NCBI GenBank assembly: GCA_964604315.1
Contig: CAZRYK010000003.1
Location: 4,105 to 41,964, forward strand
DNA length: 37,860 bases
Source of the DNA: an uncultured Gammaproteobacteria bacterium
GTDB lineage: Bacteria > Patescibacteriota > Patescibacteriia > JACPL01 > CAZRYK01
Direction of reading: 5' to 3'
Positions within the stretch are counted from its first letter, which is position 1, and each line of letters opens with the position of its first letter. A program made the translations under genes and the position numbers. The notes beneath the pieces were generated by a model. It ran no database searches, was not told the origin of the DNA, and worked only from the letters and a program-made list of their open reading frames with translations. Shown in pieces: positions 20,007-26,300 of this stretch.

Positions 20007-20629
20007 ATAACTTGCAATAAAATATCTTTACTTTTCCCATCTACAATCAATGATTCAATGCCCTTCTTTTGTGCCATTTGCAGAGCCGCGCGTTTGGCCA
20101 CACCACCGCCAACGCCGAATTTGGATCCTTTCATGGTAGATAAAATGACCAGTTGACTCGCCGCGAGGACGTGCGCAATTTCTACCGCAAGAAAATCGTT
20201 TCCGGAAAAATCGTTAAGAGCGATCACGTCATTTTCATTGATCATCGGAACAACATTTATTCTCACATACGCCTCAATGGTGGTTGCTAACTTTTTCATT
20301 TCTTTGCTCTTGGTCAAGTCTTTTTTAGTGACTAACAATTGAGCAATACAAATGCCGCATGCGCTGAATATTCGTTCAAAGGCGGACGTGAGTACGGCTT
20401 GCCCCACTCCGGCCGCAAGGGTTTTAACAAAATGTGTATCGCCAGAGGCCACAACCGATTTTACACCGCACGCTACTGCTCCAGATACGACAAGCACAAT
20501 ACCTGCCCCAGATTTACTCAACAATGCGATTTGACGCGCCAATGAAGTGATCCTAAACTCATCCAGCTTGCCTCGTTGCGTAAACAATACGCCACTGCCA
20601 ATTTTTACCACAACAATTTTTTTATGCAT
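20003..20629 (-). CDS. proB: Glutamate 5-kinase, shortened (208 aa, no PUA domain, internal deletion)
   Basis: VVVKIGS, LVVSGAVACG, AAGVGQ, INENDV, GNDFLA; likely ATG 20629. Confidence 0.88.
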   Translation of the reverse strand: MHKKIVVVKIGSGVLFTQRGKLDEFRITSLARQIALLSKSGAGIVLVVSGAVACGVKSVVASGDTHFVKTLAAGVGQAVLTSAFERIFSACGICIAQLLVTKKDLTKSKEMKKLATTIEAYVRINVVPMINENDVIALNDFSGNDFLAVEIAHVLAASQLVILSTMKGSKFGVGGGVAKRAALQMAQKKGIESLIVDGKSKDILLQVI

Positions 20630-20642
20630 ATTTTTAATCAAC

Positions 20643-20694
20643 AAAAGATCTCGCCCCAATCAACCAGAAGTCGATTGGCAAGGGCGAGATTTTT
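20643..20694 (-). terminator. Attenuator terminator hairpin of the T-box leader
   Basis: AUCUCGCCC...GGGCGAGAU stem with inner CCAAUC/GAUUGG, followed by CUUUUGUUGAUU; mutually exclusive with the antiterminator. Confidence 0.8.
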
Positions 20695-20880
20695 CGCGGT
20701 ACCACCTTGCTTTAATTCTGCAATAGCCTGAACTTTTCTGATAGCAGAATTCTTATAGGCGCTCCGATATTTAACCGACACGCCTTGAGTATGTTACGGC
20801 ACTCTTCCGTCGCACTCATCGTGCGCAGCTCCCGGGCGGGTTCTCTGCAAGCATGCAGATACTATTCCCGTTCATCGCTT
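20643..20880 (-). promoter_or_regulatory. T-box riboswitch, proline specifier (CCC), short Stem I
   Basis: Minus strand: GCGAUGA K-turn start, AGUA/GAA loop, GAA-CCC-G specifier (20838-20840), GCCGUAA F-box with IIA/B pseudoknot, AAAGCAAGGUGGUACCGCG T-box and antiterminator. Confidence 0.9.
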
Positions 20881-20895
20881 TTATTATTTTCCTCA

Positions 20896-20924
20896 AATAT
20901 AGTGCAGTATTCACTTTCTGTCAA
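20896..20924 (-). promoter_or_regulatory. sigma70 promoter of the T-box/proBAC transcript
   Basis: TTGACA(20924-20919)-17 nt-TATATT(20901-20896). Confidence 0.75.
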
Positions 20925-21004
20925 ATACGACACCTTCACAAAAAAACTTTCTGGTGTGCTCGGCTCCGACGTTACGTCAGAGCGACCCTTTCAATAAACC
21001 CTAT

Positions 21005-21081
21005 TGGTGCGCTCGGCAGGAGTTGAACCTGCGACCCCCAGCTCCGGAAGCTGATGCTCTATCCAGCTGAGCTACGAGCGC
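21005..21081 (-). tRNA. tRNA-Arg(CCG)
   Basis: GCGCTCG acceptor, anticodon arm TCAGC-TTCCGGA-GCTGG, T-arm GCAGG-TTCAACT-CCTGC, encoded ACCA; 77 nt. Confidence 0.95.
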
Positions 21082-21097
21082 GCATCGAGAACAGACT

Positions 21098-21334
21098 TCA
21101 GTTCTCGCGTCTATAAAGAAGATAGCATACCAATGTCACAGCAACAATGACGCCGATGACGCCACCAATAAGCCCGGTGGCTTCGTAGCCGTAGGAGGAA
21201 AAAATACGGAAAGAACACTCTGTCGCGTCGGGACACGTCACGTTCCCGCCGTATATCGCACCCACTGCAAAACCCGCAACCCAACCAAAGGGCAGAACAA
21301 AAATGGAAAGAAGAATCTTTTTACCTTTTGTCAT
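21098..21334 (-). CDS. Small two-helix membrane protein
   Basis: 78-aa ORF, two Gly-rich hydrophobic helices flanking a CxxxxxC loop. Confidence 0.6.
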   Translation of the reverse strand: MTKGKKILLSIFVLPFGWVAGFAVGAIYGGNVTCPDATECSFRIFSSYGYEATGLIGGVIGVIVAVTLVCYLLYRREN

Positions 21335-21336
21335 AA

Positions 21337-21684
21337 CTATTGGGATTTAGATTTCTTTCTAAGCACATATTGCACCGAAGGGCTTATAGGTTTATCGGTA
21401 CGATGAATACAACCTATCCAGCAACACGGGCGGCGCATGCCTTCCTTAAGTTCTGACACCACTCTTTTGACATGCTCTGCTCTGGTCTCGCGTTTCTTGA
21501 CAAAAGTCACCCAACAGATCCATTCGTTGCGCGCGAGTGGTGTAAGATTGTTCCATTGCGCAAGAGCCGCCGGGTCCGATGCTAAAGCTTTTTGCAAATC
21601 CGTCGGGACTTTATGAACCGTCCCTGTGGCGATTTCCCCGCCTGCCTCGCTATGCGAAGCTTTGCGGGCAGGTTTTTTAGTCAT
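21337..21684 (-). CDS. YdeI/OmpD-associated family protein
   Basis: VPTDLQKALASDP...WNNLTPLARNEWICWVT..KK.ETR. Confidence 0.85.
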   Translation of the reverse strand: MTKKPARKASHSEAGGEIATGTVHKVPTDLQKALASDPAALAQWNNLTPLARNEWICWVTFVKKRETRAEHVKRVVSELKEGMRRPCCWIGCIHRTDKPISPSVQYVLRKKSKSQ

Positions 21685-21686
21685 AC

Positions 21687-22067
21687 TTAGTTGCTCACTT
21701 CAACTTTGAATCCTCCGTAGGCGAACCGTTTCATGTCAAATGGCATTGGCATCTGCTCTTTACCGTACTTTTTCTCAAAATAAGCCATGACTTTTTTGTT
21801 CACCGCATCGCGATGTGCGCGAGATTTATAAGTAATAAACGAAAACCATACGGTCTCGCCGGGTTTGACTTTTGCCATTTTCGGAAACGTCATTGTTACG
21901 AACTTGTCCGGCCTGACGTTATCTAATATACACTCTTTGTAGTCGAGCGCGCCAAATTTCTTCCACACGCGACTCCCTTCTTGCGCCATCTTTTTGTATT
22001 GTGCGGTGTTCTTTTTAGGGATGGGGATAACGAACCCATCGACGTATTTTGCGGTATTTTTTGCCAT
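21687..22067 (-). CDS. DUF1428 (YbaA-like) protein
   Basis: YVDGFVIPIP, ETVWFSFITYKSRAHRDAVN, MPFDMKRFAYGGF; ATG 22067. Confidence 0.9.
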   Translation of the reverse strand: MAKNTAKYVDGFVIPIPKKNTAQYKKMAQEGSRVWKKFGALDYKECILDNVRPDKFVTMTFPKMAKVKPGETVWFSFITYKSRAHRDAVNKKVMAYFEKKYGKEQMPMPFDMKRFAYGGFKVEVSN

Positions 22068-22140
22068 AAGAATTTTATTTATAATAATCAGGTATTTAGC
22101 ATAGCACAGCCCGCTTGTACACAAAAATTTGTACTGGCAT

Positions 22141-22323
22141 TTATACTTTCTTCCAGTCCTTGACAATGAGCCGATCACCCTCACGTATGACGACAACTTT
22201 TTGCTTTTCTTTCCACCCCAACGCGCGGATCATTTCAATAGGGATAGTCACGCCGTAACTCGACCCACCGCCGAGTTTGGTGATTTTGCGAACATTGTGT
22301 TCTTCTTGCGATCGTCGTGGCAT
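22141..22323 (-). CDS. AbrB/MazE/SpoVT family DNA-binding protein
   Basis: RKITKLGGGSSYGVTIPIEMIRALGWKEKQKVVV swapped-hairpin pattern. Confidence 0.85.
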   Translation of the reverse strand: MPRRSQEEHNVRKITKLGGGSSYGVTIPIEMIRALGWKEKQKVVVIREGDRLIVKDWKKV

Positions 22324-22341
22324 AAAGTACGTATTTTAATA
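22296..22341. repeat. 46-bp direct repeat, copy 1 (abrB 5' end and upstream bases)
   Basis: TGTGTTCTTCTTGCGATCGTCGTGGCATAAA identical at 24769-24799; 44/46 identity overall. Confidence 0.9.
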
Positions 22342-22420
22342 GGTATAATCTTTTTTGTCGTTAAAGCCTTATTTCTGTGAACAAGTTTCTCAACAAGCTC
22401 ATGAGCGTTCATTGCTACAC

Positions 22421-23925
22421 TTACTGTTCAAGGATAGTTATAACCCCCTTATCAGCATCGACCTTGACCACATACCCATCTTTGAGCAGCGCTGTGGCCT
22501 TTTTTGTTCCTACAACACATGGTCGTTGCAACTCTCGCGAAACAATAGCCGCGTGACACAAGAGCCCGCCCTCATCTGTAATGAATGCAGACGATTTTTT
22601 CATAGCACCAAGTAAATCTGGCGTTGTTTGTCTTGCCACAAGAATATCACCTTTTTTAATCTTTTGTGCGTCACGTACGCCAAAAATAATTTTCACGGGG
22701 CCGGTTGCTATACCCGGCGACACTGGTACGCCTTTTAATATTTTTTTCTTACTAGACGTTGCTGTGTGTAATTCTTTTGTAATGACGTCTTGTGCTTTTT
22801 GTCCTGTCAACAATTGAATCTTTTGATTCTTTCTAAGAAGAACACAAAGATTCATTCTATTGTAGATTTCTTGTTGAGGCGGTAGCTTTTCTTTATGGAG
22901 CGCATTGATGACTTCATCTGGTGTTAAAAAACGCACCTCGCGACCACTAAGCCCCAGCCGCTTTCCTATCTCCACATAAAGTGGCCGCGAATATAATCTT
23001 TCTTGACTAATAATTGCTCGCCGAAAATCTTTAAGATATACCCATTTTTGAAAATCAGCTATAAAACGTTGATGTCGCGGATCGATATTAAGGGTTTTAA
23101 TAAGATGGTTTTTCTTAATCTTAATCGTTTTAATACGATCATTAAGTATTGAAAGTTTTGCGGTGATTTCAGCTGGGGATTGAAGCAAGGTGTACAACTC
23201 TTCAATAAAAAATTTATATCATACGGTTCTTCTTCTGCTTGTATGGGCAACCATGACCACTTTTTAGTATGATCTATAATCTTTTGCCCAGCATCTTCCC
23301 TTTTCTTTATGGCGACCGTAAATTCTTTTACATCCTTACTTTTGACGATATCTTTTTCATTAGCTAATAGTAGCGCTATCTCTAATAATTCGCGGTCTGT
23401 CTTTGTGGCATAACTTTCTTCTTCAAGGACAGTAAAGGCATTCAAACATTCTGACATTGTTTCTCGTTCTGCCGAACCTCGTAAGATCTTCTTAAGGTAT
23501 CTTTCCATTTCTTCTACGAAAATATCATCGACAAAATTCGGTAATATGAGATAAGGCAATGCATGAACTTGTTGTTGAAAATAATGCTGAAAGTAGGAAG
23601 CGAGTTTCTCATTACTACACTTATCAAGATCTTTTGCCGTAACCGTTTTTAAGTAATCAATAACAATATGAAATCGTTTCATGCCATCTTGCGCAAGACG
23701 CCGCATATCCGATTTATCTTTCAGTAACTTGTTCTTTAAAATTTTCAGCAATCGAGCAAGTTCAAACTTGTCAACATAGTAGGTTGTCGCCTCTTGACGC
23801 GATACCATCATCATATTGTTATGCCCAACACCTAACACACCCCTCATGGCTTCAGACCAACCATAAACTTTAGTGTAAATGAGCAAAATATTTTGTTTTC
23901 TTGTGACGATATCAACCCATTCCAT
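22421..23925 (-). pseudogene. PEP-utilizing enzyme mobile (His swivel) domain protein split by a frameshift (about 501 aa if joined)
   Basis: ORFs 23059-23925 and 22421-23197 join by -1 at the T6 run 23207-23212; C-terminal GVPVSPGIATG, TTPD and TDEGGLLCHAAIVSRE. Confidence 0.8.
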
Positions 23926-23935
23926 ATGTATTATT

Positions 23936-24796
23936 TTATTCTGTACGGCTGTATGCGGCTAATGTTTGAAGGTCTTCAAGATTTATAACAAAACTTCTGC
24001 CTCTTAATTGAACGTCTAACTGTACATCTTCTTGATCTTTACGATAGATTTTTAATGCAACCTGCTCTGCGTGATCCATGCCTCCGCCGATCTTCTCAAC
24101 AAAACTTTTTCCATCGGGATTAATGGGATTTTGGTTAATATGGTCGCCAATAGTGTTCTTTAAAAAAGATAAGAGGGTTGGCAGATGCGTAATATTGACT
24201 ATTGTTCCCTCAACATTTGACGGCAACGTTGCACTGACATCGACAAATCGCATGACATGACGCGCAACAGCAGATGCAAGCTCACGCGGACTCGTTATAT
24301 CCGGTGGTATTTCTTCTTCAGTCTTTTCGACAAATTGTGCGCTTCCCCCGAATTGCTCTCTTATCAATTCTTTATTTAAAAGGCCCGTGCCTAACAGCCG
24401 TTCTTTTCTATGGATACGCACTCCTTCGAATCCTTTTTTCGTCAATGCTTGTATTTTTTCTGATTGTGCTTTTGGTACCGCCACTTGATCCATAAGGATA
24501 TCGGCTGTTTGTTGCGCTCTTTCTTTATCGCTGTAATACACTTTAATACCATCGTGAGGGGTTTCAATGACACTGCCGAGTTCGGCTGCTTGTGCTTGTC
24601 CTTTTTCTGTTAAGGCGGGTCCGCCAGCTGTATCAGATGGTTCACCGTGTCGCGCAAACACAAAATGCAAGGTGATATTATGACCCTGTTCCGGACTTTG
24701 CTCGAATTCAACATGAGATTTTTCAGGATTCACTCCTACCCCGCCCAGTTGAATGAATTTGCTGATGCTGTGTTCTTCTTGCGATCGTCGTGGCAT
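23936..24796 (-). CDS. Histidine phosphatase superfamily protein with an AbrB-derived N-terminus
   Basis: FARHGEP (RHG), YYSDKERAQQTA, ITHLPTL; begins MPRRSQEEH like the AbrB; alternative GTG start at 24733. Confidence 0.82.
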   Translation of the reverse strand: MPRRSQEEHSISKFIQLGGVGVNPEKSHVEFEQSPEQGHNITLHFVFARHGEPSDTAGGPALTEKGQAQAAELGSVIETPHDGIKVYYSDKERAQQTADILMDQVAVPKAQSEKIQALTKKGFEGVRIHRKERLLGTGLLNKELIREQFGGSAQFVEKTEEEIPPDITSPRELASAVARHVMRFVDVSATLPSNVEGTIVNITHLPTLLSFLKNTIGDHINQNPINPDGKSFVEKIGGGMDHAEQVALKIYRKDQEDVQLDVQLRGRSFVINLEDLQTLAAYSRTE

Positions 24797-24814
24797 AAAA
24801 TACATATTTTAATA
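24769..24814. repeat. 46-bp direct repeat, copy 2
   Basis: Matches 22296-22341 at offset 2473; overlaps inverted repeat AAATACATAT/ATATGTATTT (24798-24821). Confidence 0.9.
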
Positions 24815-24920
24815 TGTATTTAAATACATATCTTTAGTATAGCAGAAAATTATGCTGTAAAATACTGCACGGAAAAAAATAATAAATGTTATAACTATCC
24901 CTAGGCCAAACGATGTACAT

Positions 24921-25046
24921 TGGCGGAGGAGGTGGGATTTCTTCTCCTCCGATCCTCGACGCATGTCGTCTGGGATCTCCCCCGAAGCCCGGCGCAGTTT
25001 ACCTCCTGCCACCGGCAGGAGTTTTCCTGTCGCCTTCAAATCCCGC
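24921..25046 (-). other. Structured element ending in a tRNA-Ser-like 3' end (acceptor minihelix plus GCCA)
   Basis: GGAGGAG-12 nt-CTCCTCC-GCCA; outer GCGGGATTT/AAATCCCAC pairing; inner CTCCTGCC/GGCAGGAG hairpin. Confidence 0.5.
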
Positions 25047-25098
25047 AAATAACATTTCACAGACGATCATAGCTCATGTAATGGGCTATGATTGTCTG

Positions 25099-25185
25099 CG
25101 GAAGGGGAGAGATTCGAACTCTCGGTACCATTTCTGGTACACATCCTTTCCAGGGATGCCAATTAAACCACTCTTGCACCCTTCC
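25099..25185 (-). tRNA. tRNA-Ser(GGA)
   Basis: GGAAGGG acceptor, CATCC-CTGGAAA-GGATG anticodon arm, long variable arm, GAGAG-TTCGAAT-CTCTC T-arm, G73; CCA not fully encoded (GCA). Confidence 0.95.
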
Positions 25186-25195
25186 AAGGTGACGT

Positions 25196-26197
25196 TTATA
25201 CCCTTTTCAGAAAAAGGTATTCTCTGAACTTACTAATGTGCTTGGGATTATTTGATCCTACTATTCTTATGAACTTTTGTATACCGGGAAAGTTATAGAT
25301 ATAGATTCTACTAGAAGTAGCTTTTTTCACCTTTATTCCATAAGAGAATAATGTGTCATAAAATATATTAATAAGTGGAAGCGACTGATTCGTAAAACAC
25401 AGACCAAAAGCTTTACATATTCTGGCGGGCCCCCGTCTATGAAAATAGAACCCACCATCCGTATCGAACAAGCCACGCAGACAACGTTTGAGAAACAAGG
25501 GATTCTTTTGGATCCACAACGGGATCTTTACCTGATGCAAAACTTTATTTCCTCTTCTTAATCCAAACTGCTCAAGCCTTGTGACCAGTCTCACTCCAGA
25601 AATTGTCAGTCGAATAACATTTTTACGTTCATGCCATGATGGTTTTTCTCCAAGAACCTCCATCATTAGAGAAGAAACAAATCTCGCATAGGCTCTATCA
25701 TCAACTTTGTGCAGAGTAATTGTTAATTGTGAATTTGTCAATCCGCCGTCCCCAAGGATAATACCGATCAATTCCGCTAATAAACAGGAGTGTCTGACGC
25801 CCACAAAATCTTTCCTTGTTATACATCCTAACTTTGAGTACTTCTCTGGATTTTCTCGCCTTCGCTTTTGAGAAATTCTTCCACCCTTTTTTCTTCCCTC
25901 GGGAGTTCCCGGTGGTCCGTATAATTTTAGCCTCGCTATTCCTCCCATTGGCGCAGATTTTTCAATATACCAATAGTTTTGAAGTTTCTTTATCCCACCG
26001 GTCGGAATGCTAAATTTTTTACTTAAAGACAGAATGGCGTCATAATCTGCTGTAAGCTTTTCGTTACGCCAATCTCTAAATGACCGCGTACTTACATTAC
26101 ATATCTTTGCTAATGAATCCCACGGTAGTCCGCTCTTTTGTTTTACGCTATGAAGGAAGTCTCTTTGCTTTCCTGTAAGGAATTGTGCTCTAGGCAT
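25196..26197 (-). CDS. LAGLIDADG-domain protein with N-terminal HTH-like region
   Basis: LAELIGIILGDGGL and CLRGLFDTDGG double motifs; ATG 26197; stop ends 10 nt before the tRNA-Ser 5' end. Confidence 0.85.
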   Translation of the reverse strand: MPRAQFLTGKQRDFLHSVKQKSGLPWDSLAKICNVSTRSFRDWRNEKLTADYDAILSLSKKFSIPTGGIKKLQNYWYIEKSAPMGGIARLKLYGPPGTPEGRKKGGRISQKRRRENPEKYSKLGCITRKDFVGVRHSCLLAELIGIILGDGGLTNSQLTITLHKVDDRAYARFVSSLMMEVLGEKPSWHERKNVIRLTISGVRLVTRLEQFGLRRGNKVLHQVKIPLWIQKNPLFLKRCLRGLFDTDGGFYFHRRGPARICKAFGLCFTNQSLPLINIFYDTLFSYGIKVKKATSSRIYIYNFPGIQKFIRIVGSNNPKHISKFREYLFLKRV

Positions 26198-26300
26198 AGA
26201 ATAAGTATAAAGTTTATTATACAACTATGCAAACATTCCTATACTTTCTAACCAATACCAAAATCTTATCTAGAGATAAGAGACGATGATCCGTATTTCT

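Noticed and set aside
20785-20997. 70-aa + strand ORF upstream of proB
   Set aside because: It overlaps the T-box leader and promoter on the opposite strand; the region is explained by the riboswitch.
24809-25227. ORFs 24809-25060 (-) and 24913-25227 (+)
   Set aside because: They overlap tRNA-Ser and the structured tRNA-like element and have no protein-like features.
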